A DNA stretch of 32,000 bases from Geotalea uraniireducens Rf4 (GCF_000016745.1 NC_009483.1:1770001-1802000), one strand, 5' to 3'. Shown: positions 16,668 to 26,400, numbered from the stretch's first letter. Program-made: numbers and translations. The notes: generated by a model not told the origin, from the sequence alone.

Positions 16668-17339
16668 CTATATCCCCGCTCTTGCCGGAGCCCGCAATTG
16701 CAGAATATCGATATTGGTCGGGATCGTAGCCGACCTGGAGATATCAAACATCTTGCCCCTGCTTATTTTCCGCAACTTTTGATAAAGATCGCGTTTCATA
16801 GTTGTCAATGCTGCATCAGCGAACGCGCACAGCTTGCCCTGTTGCACATAGAAAAATTGACAATCACGTTTCTTGAGTATGTCTCCGTTCATCTCGACGT
16901 TCTGGTCAACACAAATAATTGCCAAAGGAGCATCAAGCTCGCCGAAGGTAAGGTAGTCAAAATGTATTTTATTAGCAATAACGATATATCCTTCAAGTGG
17001 TACATTATAATGAGTATGGCACGAAGCGATTCCAAACTGGCGGATCAACTCGAACTGCTTCATAAGAGGATAGTGGTCTAAAGGGTGATCGAAACATACC
17101 TGACATTCAAGATTCGGCTTGGCTTGGCAGTAATAGATTGAATGTATCAGATTGTTTTCGCAGTACCGGCGAACAGCTGAATCATCTACTTGGTTAATTT
17201 CGCTTATTACCACCTGAGTCGGATCTAATTTGTGCACATACTTTTTCGGAATATGATTCTCGCTGAGTCCCTGTTTCCCAACGATATGATCGTAAAGGTC
17301 TTTAATTTCTCTGCTTGACAGTAGCATGACTTCCTCCAT
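16668..17339 (-). CDS. Hypothetical Cys/His-rich protein
   Basis: 223 aa, tightly packed in the operon with a 3-nt gap to the next gene. Motifs: C..(11)..C..(7)..CQVCFDHPLDH and SCHTHYN. I recognise no family securely. Confidence 0.65.
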   Translation of the reverse strand: MEEVMLLSSREIKDLYDHIVGKQGLSENHIPKKYVHKLDPTQVVISEINQVDDSAVRRYCENNLIHSIYYCQAKPNLECQVCFDHPLDHYPLMKQFELIRQFGIASCHTHYNVPLEGYIVIANKIHFDYLTFGELDAPLAIICVDQNVEMNGDILKKRDCQFFYVQQGKLCAFADAALTTMKRDLYQKLRKISRGKMFDISRSATIPTNIDILQLRAPARAGI

Positions 17340-17348
17340 TTTTTGAGC

Positions 17349-18137
17349 TTATCTGCTCATGAAGAGTTTCGTAGCAATGGTCATTAAACGTCGCGGCGTG
17401 AATTTAATAGAATAAACGGTCATTTTGTTGGCGAAGCCAGGAACGATGCTTCTTTTCCCCTGATTTAGCGCATCGTATCCAGCGCGTGCCACCGTGCGCG
17501 CATCCATGACCCCCCATTTATATTTAAAGAGGGTAATGTCTTCGATATTTGCGCGTTTCGCAAATTCCGTGGCGGTCGCGCCCGGACAGAGTGTAGTGAC
17601 GGTAATATTAGTTCCTTTCAATTCTTCAGCGATTGCTTCGGAGAAACTGAGTATGTATGCTTTAGTGGCACAGTAAACGGCGTTGAATGGTCCACCAGGG
17701 ACAAATGAGCCGGTGGAGCCGACATTGAGTATCCTTCCGCTCCCCTTGGCAAGCATGTCGACGAGGAACAGTTTCGTCAGAATCGTCAAGCCGGTAATGT
17801 GGACATGGAGCATATCCAACTCTTTGTCCAGGGGGGTCTCCGAAAATGTGCCATAGACCTGGAAACCTGCATTGTTGACAAGAATATCCACGGAAATTCC
17901 CTGTTGTTTCACAAAGTTGTGGATTTTCCGAGGACTATTCCCATTCGCTAAATCTGTGACAAGAATATGCGACTGTGTCCCATACATGTTTTTTAGTTCC
18001 TGACCAAGGGCTTGCAGACGTACTTCGTCTCGCGAGACGAGCACAAGATCATAGCCATCCTTTGCAAAGAGCTTGCTCAGTTCATAACCGATGCCCGCTG
18101 TAGGACCAGTAATCAGCGCTATTTTTTTCACGGCCAT
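17349..18137 (-). CDS. Classical short-chain dehydrogenase/reductase (SDR)
   Basis: 262 aa, GGAGGA RBS. TGPTAGIG (TGxxxGxG), NNAG, and the catalytic S..YCATK (YxxxK). Confidence 0.85.
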   Translation of the reverse strand: MAVKKIALITGPTAGIGYELSKLFAKDGYDLVLVSRDEVRLQALGQELKNMYGTQSHILVTDLANGNSPRKIHNFVKQQGISVDILVNNAGFQVYGTFSETPLDKELDMLHVHITGLTILTKLFLVDMLAKGSGRILNVGSTGSFVPGGPFNAVYCATKAYILSFSEAIAEELKGTNITVTTLCPGATATEFAKRANIEDITLFKYKWGVMDARTVARAGYDALNQGKRSIVPGFANKMTVYSIKFTPRRLMTIATKLFMSR

Positions 18138-18145
18138 TCCTCCAT

Positions 18146-18562
18146 TTAAATGCTGAATTCTATACTATTTCGCATCTTGATATAGTTAATCACTGACACA
18201 ACAATTCCTACAGCTCCTGTTGCAAGAAGAATGTAAGACTTGGTAAGTGGTATCCAAGCATCCAACATTGACAATGTACTGGCCGATCCCCAGAACGTTA
18301 TGACCAGGATTGTAAATAACATCCACCATAGTATCTGAAACTTAAGAAGTATAAAGGTTATGTTTGTATTAGACTCTATTAGTTCGTATCCAAAGAAAAT
18401 GAAAACAAACGCAATCAACATATTTTCTATCAGCAAAAACTCCTTATAGATCCATGTGGTTTTTAATAGTGGTATTTCGAAGGCAATGTGCATTACTCCA
18501 GAAATGATATTTACAACTGCCAGCAACCAAATGGACATACTCTTTTTCTGATAGTTGCTCAT
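18146..18562 (-). CDS. Small integral membrane protein (about 4 TM)
   Basis: 138 aa, GAGGAG RBS, four long hydrophobic segments. 8-9 nt gaps to both neighbours. Confidence 0.7.
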   Translation of the reverse strand: MSNYQKKSMSIWLLAVVNIISGVMHIAFEIPLLKTTWIYKEFLLIENMLIAFVFIFFGYELIESNTNITFILLKFQILWWMLFTILVITFWGSASTLSMLDAWIPLTKSYILLATGAVGIVVSVINYIKMRNSIEFSI

Positions 18563-18571
18563 AATTTCTCC

Positions 18572-19744
18572 TCAACAAGCTTTTGACATATTAATTCTAC
18601 GATTCCTGAATGAGCGAGCCTGCTCCATAAAAGACTCAAGTCTTGTTTTGATATTTGTTTGCTGCAGACCATCATCAATGAAAGTCATCATGGGAATATC
18701 TCCATTGTCTCGACGGATCTTTGTATAACAAGCGGTAGATATCTTCCCCAAGACACAGTTGAAGCCATGCGCATTCACGAGCCCATCGACATTCCGCTCC
18801 TCCACAAAATCGACGCATTTCCCGATGAACATGGACGGGATAACGGGAGCAACATCCGGATTGACATATTTGGATGCATTTACCGTCAACCACTCGTTAT
18901 CCTGGTCGGGAAACATTTCTGAATATTCTCCGGCGATTTGCTCGATGCGTTTTTTATAAAAATCGAGTGTGAAACTGCCACCGAACGTCATCGCCGCTTT
19001 TGGATAGTTCCCTTTTTCCCAGAGTGCTTTCACCAGCCTCACAGATCCGTAGCTAACGAAGTCGTGCCATGATGGCGGGAGGATTACCACCCCTCCCATA
19101 CGTTCTATCCCCTTAAAAATTTCGTTCATGCCGTATTTGTGGACGCGTGTGAATGCGTCACCGACGATCCCAATTTTTACCAGATCCCGTTCTTCCAACT
19201 CCACGCATTTCAACAAATCCATTGCAGCTTTGAAGTATTTGATGATCCGGTTTTCGCGTATTCCTTTCGCCAACTTCTGTTCCGCTTCGTGGTACGCCGC
19301 ATCAGCAGTGCCGCGGACTTTTTCATAGGGTCGAATCTGATAGCGGTATCTCGACAGATAATCATGGCAAATAAGGCCGATCCACAAATCGAGGGAGAGC
19401 TTCAGGCCAAAATTCTTTATCCAGTCAAGCGGATTATCCACCGTTGGGCCAAACAGCCAGATATCCCCTCCTACCGTCTCCTTCAGCACCTTTTCGTGCA
19501 GGTCTTTGAACAGGGCCAGACGACAGGCTTCGTTGTAACCGAAGGAAAAGAAAGCCGCCTTGTTAGGATCGAACCCTTCCATTTGTGTAGTGGCCAGGTA
19601 GTCACCGAGTACCACCTGGTAAGTCCGGCAATGTTTTTCGTTCGAGTGTTTGCGCCCGAGCATGTTTGAATGGGAGGATGTCTCACGCACAAGCTCACAC
19701 TTCACGTTGTGGGCGCGAAGAATTTCGATCAAGGACGTAAATGC
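18572..19744 (-). pseudogene. C-terminal 387 codons of the activase/dehydratase-like fusion gene, separated by the ISL3 insertion
   Basis: After removing 19745-21094 the reading frame continues exactly: ..VSEAFT|SLIEILRAHNVKCELV... The MIRCRAAFT start in the track is an artefact of IS-end sequence. Confidence 0.85.
19737..19744. repeat. Target-site duplication GTAAATGC (left) of the ISL3 element
   Basis: Identical 8-mer at 21087-21094, directly abutting the terminal inverted repeats. Confidence 0.9.
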
Positions 19745-21086
19745 GGCTCTGCAACGAATCAAGTGGGTAGAGGGAATAGCGACTTTAGGTTGAGCTTGCC
19801 TGCAACCAGATAAGCCATGCAGATCAAGTTGTCAGGATTCCGATAGCCTCGTGCCCGAGTTTTGGCTGATTGAATTAGGCTGTTGATGCCCTCAATGAAG
19901 CCGCTAGTCAGGCCGCTTTCAAAATGTGCCAGAATGCCATCCCAATGCTCTTTTACAGATTCGGCCATGTTCTTGATGAGTTGGATTGAGCTTGCGGCGG
20001 CTTTCCGATGCCATTTGGTCAACAGGGTTTCTGCCTCCGTTCGGCTTGAAGCAAAATAGACGTTCTGAAGGTTCAGCTTGTGCATGTAAGCTTCCGTACT
20101 CCTTAAGCTTTGACTGGTGATAATGGCATCCAGGCGCTGTTCCTCTTCCGGTGTCAGGTTCTCTGGATTTTTGAGGAACAGGTTTCTGCTCTTTTTCAGG
20201 ATTTCAGGAAATAACCTGGCTTCTTGAGCCCTTATCTTACTAAGCTTATCGTTCATAAGCTTGATGACGTGGAATTTATCGAAGGTGACCACGGCATGGG
20301 GCAACTGCTCTTTGACACCCTTTATGAATGCCTTGGACATGTCAATAGCAGCGTCTGTGATGCTATCAGGATCGCCGCCATGTGACTTAAGGTCCGCGAC
20401 GAAGCTCTTGACTGTTTCGTTGTCCTTTCCCGTCGTGCCGAACAAGAGCTTATGCATGTCGAGGTCGAAGAAGAAGGTGACGAATTTCTCGTCATGACTG
20501 CGCCCGGCAAAGGTTTCATCCGCACCGACCCTCTTCACCTCGGAGAAGTCTTCTGCGGCCCTTGCCTTCTCGACATAGGATTGAATCAACCGCCATAGAC
20601 GGGTATCGGTAACGGCAAACAGCCTGCTCATGACCTTCACCGGCAAATCACGAGCCATGGTCATGGCCAGGGCCTCAAACAGCAGCGTAAATCCTGAGCC
20701 TGCGCGAGCCCAGGGTACCTGGACCAACTTCACGCCGCAGTCGCTGTTAGGGCACTTTACCCGTGGAACACGCGCATGAAGGTAGGCTTCGTACTGGAAG
20801 AAATTCAGATGCCGCCACTCTTTCTCCGTGGTGTCATGGACTGGTGACAACGTTCCGCAGACCGGACAGGGAAAGGTGGCTCCCCGCTGGAAGTCGATGG
20901 TTATGTCCAAACGACTTGACTTCTTGTTGAAGTCAACAGAGGTAACCTTCCACGGGATGGCAATTCCAAGAGCAGCACCAAAAAGATCTTCAGGATTCAT
21001 AGCGATTACTAACCTCCAGGCTGAGTGATGGTGGCCTATCTTACATCAACCCGGCCCAGGCTACCCACTCAATTCGTCGAGGAGCC
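19745..21086 (-). mobile_element. ISL3-family insertion sequence (1342 bp)
   Basis: 26-bp terminal inverted repeats starting GGCTC.. (19745-19770 vs rc of 21061-21086, 21/26 identical). Single transposase ORF and a perfect 8-bp TSD. Confidence 0.9.
19759..21000 (-). CDS. ISL3-family transposase
   Basis: 413 aa. N-terminal zinc-finger region (CPVCG..H..; VKCPNSDCG) followed by a DDE domain, typical of ISL3 transposases (..GADETF.., ..AIDMSKAF.., ..NSLIQSAKTRARGYRN). Confidence 0.9.
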   Translation of the reverse strand: MNPEDLFGAALGIAIPWKVTSVDFNKKSSRLDITIDFQRGATFPCPVCGTLSPVHDTTEKEWRHLNFFQYEAYLHARVPRVKCPNSDCGVKLVQVPWARAGSGFTLLFEALAMTMARDLPVKVMSRLFAVTDTRLWRLIQSYVEKARAAEDFSEVKRVGADETFAGRSHDEKFVTFFFDLDMHKLLFGTTGKDNETVKSFVADLKSHGGDPDSITDAAIDMSKAFIKGVKEQLPHAVVTFDKFHVIKLMNDKLSKIRAQEARLFPEILKKSRNLFLKNPENLTPEEEQRLDAIITSQSLRSTEAYMHKLNLQNVYFASSRTEAETLLTKWHRKAAASSIQLIKNMAESVKEHWDGILAHFESGLTSGFIEGINSLIQSAKTRARGYRNPDNLICMAYLVAGKLNLKSLFPLPT

Positions 21087-21094
21087 GTAAATGC
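21087..21094. repeat. Target-site duplication GTAAATGC (right) of the ISL3 element
   Basis: Identical to 19737-19744. Confidence 0.9.
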
Positions 21095-24000
21095 TTCGCT
21101 TACGGGGGGGACATACAAAGTACGGCCATCGTTGACAATGTCTTTGAGTGTTACGGATCTGCGCTTGAATTTCTCGTAATTCTCAGCGTAATTATGATTC
21201 TTCCTATCAGCAGTAGCACTTTCCCAGAACGCTTCACATCGGGTAAGCACACCGGTCACGGAATTATGCTCATCGAGCTCGATTTCAAGCCAGGGTTCGC
21301 TGCCGAAAATGTCAGCAAGGTATGGAACAAGCATGGAATCCGCCGCGCAACCGAACGTCGTCAGCAACACTGGCAGCAATTTATTGACATGTTTGGTATT
21401 GTACTCGTGGATGTATTCCGCAACGTTGATCGTTTTATTGTTAGTTTTCCAGACCAGATCAATCTTTTGCGAATGAGTAATCGTCATGTCTAACGGAAGT
21501 AAATCGGCAGGTATCGTGGGGATACCCAACTTTATGAGGTGTCTGGCAAGATTGAGGTTGAAAAACTTGTCATGTGTAATATACGGGTGCCCCATAACAA
21601 CGAAAACTCTTTCAAAGGAGTCGAAATTTTTCAGCGCCTCCTTTCCTTTTTCCTTGCAGATGCGGACAAATTCCTGCTGGGCCGTCAACGCTTTCCTGCT
21701 TGCCTTGATACTTTCTTTGACCGGAATTCCCAACTGTTTACCGATTTCCACGAAAGCTTTTTCAATGTTGCGATCGTCTTTCAGCTTGAAGGTTGCGGTA
21801 ATTAAGGCGATATCGAGAGAGGAAGATTTCACGAAATCGGGAATCTGCTGGATATATTGGCAGTTATGAGCAAAATTCGTATCATAGGATTCGTCATACA
21901 TATTGAGGACATATGGCAGGAAAATTTTTGTAACACCTTTGCCACGAAGATTTTCAACAGCTCCGTACATCGATTTGATGGGAAAACATGTATCTGTCAA
22001 TATGTAGGAAATTCCTTTTTCATAAATTTGCTTGTTATAATTATCGGACAGTTCAACTGAATATCCTATCTCCTTGAAAAAAGTCGCCCACAGAGGAAAA
22101 AGCTCATAAAACTGCAACATTCTTGGAATTCCAATAATTCGTTCATTTCCCTTTTGACCCTGATAGGAAAGTAGGAGCTTTTCCCGCCAGGTGAAATAGT
22201 CGGGTATAAAATGACGTGACTCCTCCTGCTGTTCAAATTTCCCGCAGTTGCTGCCGTAAACTGCTTCCTGATCATCATCGAACTTTACACTCACAAGTTT
22301 GCAAACATTTGCGCATTCGCTGCAGTTGATGATTTTTTCCTCGGCGATCCGGTTATCGATATTGAATCCATGGAAGCGGGAAGGCCCATTGTGTTTCTTC
22401 ATCTCTTTCTGCGCAAGGAAAGCCATCCCGAGCGCGCCGGTAACCTCGTGATGCGGGGCAACGATGACGTCTTTGTTGAGAAGCTGGGTAAAGGCCCCTA
22501 CAACGCTGGCATTGAAAGCGACCCCACCCTGAAAAACAATTCTCTCGCCAATGGGATGATTTCCGCAGACTTTTTCGAGATAATTCTTCGCGATCGAATA
22601 ACTCAGACCAGCCAATATGTCTTCCTTCGGCACGTTGTTTTGCTGGTAATGGATACAATCCGTTTCCATGAAAACGGTACAACGAGTACCCATATCGACC
22701 GGGTTTTTCGAGGTCATTGCTAAACGGGAAAATTCCTCATTCAACGCCGTACCAAGTCTATTCGCCTGTTCCGCAAGAAAAGAGCCGGTCCCGGCGGCAC
22801 AGGTTTTATTCATGATAAAATCAGCGATGCTGCCGTTCTTCACACGGATATATTTAGCGTCTTGTCCGCCGATTTCGAAAATCGTATCCACATCCGGAAC
22901 AAGCATGACCGCTGCCGTAGTCTGTGCGGTTATCTCATTTTTGACGAGATCGGCGCCGACAATATTCGCGATGTATTTTCGACCGGAACCGGTAACCCCA
23001 ACGCCTTTGACGGAAAAATCACCGGGCCCCAAAACGTTGAGGATTTCAGCGAAAGACTTTTTCAGGGCTTCGACAGGCTCCCCGTTAATGGCGGTATATA
23101 CCGTATACTTAATTTCCTTCGCATCGTTAATGAGCACCACCTTGACACTTACTGATCCGACATCGATACCCACATAAAAATCGCGATTATTCTCAATTTT
23201 ATTCAGCTGATATGATGGACGAAGCACCCTCGCAGTTGTCAGTGGCGGTAACCCAGACATTTTGTGATTGCTCAACTGGGCAATAGTTACTCTCTCCAAC
23301 AGGAATGAATGGCTCCGTTTCTGCGTTCTGCCGGAACGGATGGCATAAAGCGCGGCTCCTATCGCTCCCATAGTGTCGAAATACTCAGGAATAATCATAT
23401 CTTCGATATTTACTTTGAGTAATTTTGTGAATGCTTTTCTCATTCCGGCATTCCGCGCCACACCCCCCTGAAATATGATTGGTTTTTTTATCTGCCTTCC
23501 TTTTACGAGATTTTCGATAAACGTTCTGACGGCGGCTTCACAAAGTCCAGAACACAAATCTTCTTTTGCAACGCCGGTCTGTTGAAAATGAATCATGTCT
23601 GTTTTAGCAAAGACGCTGCACCTCCCTGCTATCTTGGCAGGATTTACAGAGTTATACGCAAGCTCTGACAGCTCCTCGACTGTAATCCCCATGCGAAATG
23701 CCTGTTGATCGAGAAAAGATCCGGTTCCTGCCGCGCATATATCATTCATCGAGCTGTCTATTATGGCGGTTTCCCCGCTACTAGCTTTTTCGAGAAGGAT
23801 CAGTTTGGAATCCTGCCCGCCTATTTCTATAACGCTCTTCGCTTCAGGATGATAATAGGCAGCAGCAATTCCATGGCTTGTAATCTCATTTACCGACTCA
23901 CAATCGATCAACTTCGCGATCGATTCTCGCGCGCTCCCGGTGGTTGTAATGCTCTCGAATTCGATGGAATCCATGTCTTCAAATAATGAAGAGATGGCCT

Positions 24001-24151
24001 CAGCAAAAGCTTTTAGCGGCTCACCATGAGTACGGCGATAATCCTTCCAGATAACATTGCCGGTTTCGTCAATAACAGCAAGTTTTACACTGACAGAACC
24101 GCAATCAATTCCGAGATAATGTTTTGCTTCTTTTTGTTTTGAATTCGACAT
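21087..24151 (-). pseudogene. N-terminal part of a fusion of two BcrAD/BadFG-type ATPase (activase) modules with a DUF2229/dehydratase-like region, interrupted by ISL3
   Basis: Two actin-fold ATPase modules: GIDCGSVSVK..EIGGQDSK..CAAGTGSFLDQQA..RCSVFAKTD, and GIDVGSVSVK..EIGGQDAK..CAAGTGSFLAEQA..RCTVFMETD. Then a Cys cluster (CSECANVCK..NCG) and the IGIPRMLQFYELFPLWATFF block typical of DUF2229. Likely ATG at 24151 (AAGGA RBS); the track uses TTG at 24166. The last 14 codons of the track ORF are IS-derived. Confidence 0.85.
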
Positions 24152-24162
24152 TGTATCATCCT

Positions 24163-24324
24163 TCAAATATGGTCAATTCGCATTTCTATTGCTATGTCGT
24201 CTATATACGATATAAAGACTGATGTTTTGTTATATTTGTTTGTAGTGCTTGTGAATGTGTTTGTTAGAATGCTCTCAACGAAAAATTCATCATTTATTTT
24301 AAGATTGGCTTCGGATGCCCCCTG
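24163..24324 (-). pseudogene. Probable C-terminal part of the first operon gene (split by IS3)
   Basis: The frame QGASEANLKINDEFF..MRIDHI-stop ends 9 nt before the ATG of the big fusion gene. It is in frame with 25978-26316 across the IS3 boundaries, with the same AT-rich, Asn/Lys/Ile-rich composition. Confidence 0.5.
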
Positions 24325-24392
24325 TGTCAGGATAGTTGTCGCCTCTCTTCCGAACTTTTGTGTTAACCTGCGGGGCAACAGAGAGAGGGACC

Positions 24393-24917
24393 ATGGCCAC
24401 CAAATATTCCGAAGAATTCAAGTCGAGCATTATTGCCAGGCTTCTGCCTCCGCATAATGTCAGCGTTCCTGACATGGTAAAAGAGACCGGGGTTCCTAAA
24501 GACACCCTGTACACTTGGAGGAATCAATACCGCAACAGGCAGGTTAATGCCGAGGCGAGCGGAAATCATCCGGCAGCCAGCCTAAACAACGAAGAGAAGT
24601 TGGCCATCGTCATCGAATCCGCCAGTCTCACTGAAGTTGAACTGGGTGAATATTGCCGACGCAAGGGACTCTACCCTGAGCAGATCGCCGGTTGGAAGAA
24701 CGGCTTCGTACTCGGATCATCTGCCCCCCTCAACAAGGCCGAACGCGAGCAAATGAGGGAACAGACAGCGACCATTAAGCAGCTTGAGAAAGAGCTGAAC
24801 CGCAAGGATAAAGCATTGGCCGAGACTGCAGCCCTGCTGATTCTTCAAAAAAAGTTCCAGGCGCTCTGGGAGGAGCCCGAGGCAGAAAAATCGACCTCCC
24901 GGCGCGCCAAGAACTGA
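24393..24917 (+). CDS. IS3-family transposase OrfA (HTH)
   Basis: MATKYSEEFK.. start with a GAGAGGGA RBS. HTH region and a leucine-zipper-like C-terminus. Contains the frameshift site. Confidence 0.85.
   Translation: MATKYSEEFKSSIIARLLPPHNVSVPDMVKETGVPKDTLYTWRNQYRNRQVNAEASGNHPAASLNNEEKLAIVIESASLTEVELGEYCRRKGLYPEQIAGWKNGFVLGSSAPLNKAEREQMREQTATIKQLEKELNRKDKALAETAALLILQKKFQALWEEPEAEKSTSRRAKN
24848..24854 (+). other. Programmed -1 ribosomal frameshift heptamer A_AAA_AAG
   Basis: In the orfA frame the codons are caA AAA AAG. A -1 shift reads ..KKVPGALGGARGRKIDLPARQELIALIDEACAGGARLGRACEAVLLSPRTVQRWHLPDE.., joining the orfB frame without a stop. Confidence 0.75.
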
Positions 24918-24997
24918 TTGCCCTGATAGACGAAGCCTGTGCCGGTGGTGCACGTCTGGGTAGGGCCTGCGAGGCTGTTCTTCTTTCGCCCCGCACC

Positions 24998-25954
24998 GTG
25001 CAACGTTGGCATCTTCCTGACGAAATACCCTCAGATGGGCGCAAGGCCGCGTCTCGCGATCGGGCACCGGCCAATAAGCTTTCTGAAACGGAGCGGGTCA
25101 CAATCCTGGCGACTGCCAACCAGGAGAAATTCGCCAGCCTGCCGCCCAGCCAGATAGTTCCTAAATTGGCCGACGACGGGATCTTCCTCGCTTCTGAGTC
25201 AACCTTCTACCGAACCTTACGGGCAGAGAAGCAGCTGGCACACCGGGGCCGTACCAAGGCTGCAAGACACAAGCGCCCAGATGCCGTGCTGGCCACCGAG
25301 CCGAACCAACTCTGGAGCTGGGATATTACATACTTGAGCACTACCGTTAAGGGGCTGTACTTTTACCTCTACCTGATCATGGATGTCTTTAGCCGCAAGA
25401 TCGTCGGTTGGGAAGTCTATGCGGAGGAATCCGCCGATCATGCCGCCATAACGTTGCGCAAGGCCTATCTGCGTGAAGGCGTCGCCGGTCGCACCCTGAT
25501 ACTTCACTCCGACAACGGCTCGCCCATGAAAGGCGCTACCATGTTGGGAACTATGCAGAAGCTTGGGGTAATGCCGTCCTTCAGTCGGCCCTCTGTCAGC
25601 AATGACAACCCATACTCAGAGTCACTGTTCAAAACCTTGAAGTATCACCCCGGCCTACCGGAGAAACCTTTCGATACGTTGGACGAGGCACGGCACTGGG
25701 TTGCCGGTTTCCAGCATTGGTACAACGAGGAACATCAGCACAGTGCCATAAAATTCGTAACGCCGGGTCAGCGCCACCGGGGCGATGACAAAGAGATACT
25801 CAACAAACGAGCGCTACTTTACGCGATGGCGAGGGCCGCAATGCCGGAACGATGGTCGGGTGCTTGCCGGAACTGGACTCGACCAGCAGAAGTTTCCTTG
25901 AACCCCCAAAAATCGGCTCAGAACGGTACGCCGTCTCAAGCCAGAGCAGCATAG
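24998..25954 (+). CDS. IS3-family transposase OrfB (DDE integrase core), expressed as an OrfAB fusion
   Basis: DDE triad context: WSWDITYL, LHSDNGSPM, NPYSESLFKTLK. The frame is open back to the slippery site at 24848. Confidence 0.85.
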   Translation: MQRWHLPDEIPSDGRKAASRDRAPANKLSETERVTILATANQEKFASLPPSQIVPKLADDGIFLASESTFYRTLRAEKQLAHRGRTKAARHKRPDAVLATEPNQLWSWDITYLSTTVKGLYFYLYLIMDVFSRKIVGWEVYAEESADHAAITLRKAYLREGVAGRTLILHSDNGSPMKGATMLGTMQKLGVMPSFSRPSVSNDNPYSESLFKTLKYHPGLPEKPFDTLDEARHWVAGFQHWYNEEHQHSAIKFVTPGQRHRGDDKEILNKRALLYAMARAAMPERWSGACRNWTRPAEVSLNPQKSAQNGTPSQARAA

Positions 25955-25977
25955 AAGATGCGACAACTTCCTTGACA

Positions 25978-26316
25978 ACGACCGGATGGCGTAATTTCTA
26001 TTTTTGAAATTTCAGCATTTATTTTGTAGGAAGGTTTGAGGTCGTACATAAAGCTCATATATGCTTTATTCAATTGTGTGCTTATTACCAAGGCATGCAT
26101 TATATCCAACATAGGCTTCCGTTCATTTTTGTCGTATAGTATCTTGGCCTTTCCTTCTATATTTTTTGTAAAAATATTTATTTTGATTTTGTATATATTG
26201 TAATCAAAGTCGTATAATTTCTTTGAAATGTCAGGGAAGTATATGCCATTGATCATGCCGTTTATGGTTTTGAATGTCAGGTCGCAGACGTTGCTTATAC
26301 AGTTATAGCTCGGCAT
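25978..26316 (-). pseudogene. Probable N-terminal part of the first operon gene (hypothetical protein), truncated by IS3
   Basis: ATG at 26316 (MPSYNCISNV..) with an AAAGGTG upstream; the track uses TTG at 26334. Native sequence ends ..KIEITPSGR at 25978, and the remaining 13 codons of the track ORF are IS3 sequence. Confidence 0.5.
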
Positions 26317-26400
26317 TTTTGTCGCACCTTTCAAGCAATATTATAATAAAAAGTTAATTGATTTTTTCTGCAATACATATAAACTGAATAAAAATAAAAA

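Larger units (their letters stand above)
24325..25977 (+). mobile_element. IS3-family insertion sequence
   Basis: Imperfect ~26-bp terminal inverted repeats TGTCAGGATAGTTGTCGC.. (24325-24350) vs rc of 25951-25977 (TGTCAAGGAAGTTGTCGC..), with TG..CA termini. orfA/orfB carry an A_AAA_AAG slippery site. No target duplication recognisable. Confidence 0.8.

Noticed and set aside
16575-17081. 168-aa plus-strand ORF antisense to the Cys/His-rich gene (also 19139-19669, antisense to the fusion gene's C-terminal part)
   Set aside because: Long antisense ORFs in AT-rich DNA caught my eye. Both lack an RBS, cross gene boundaries of the tightly packed minus-strand operon, and have no motif content.
24167-24324. 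Possibility that this AT-rich stretch is only the promoter region of the big fusion gene
   Set aside because: Not fully rejected. An open frame that ends 9 nt before the fusion-gene ATG and is in frame with 25978-26316 across the IS3 favours coding sequence. It is reported as a pseudogene fragment with moderate confidence.
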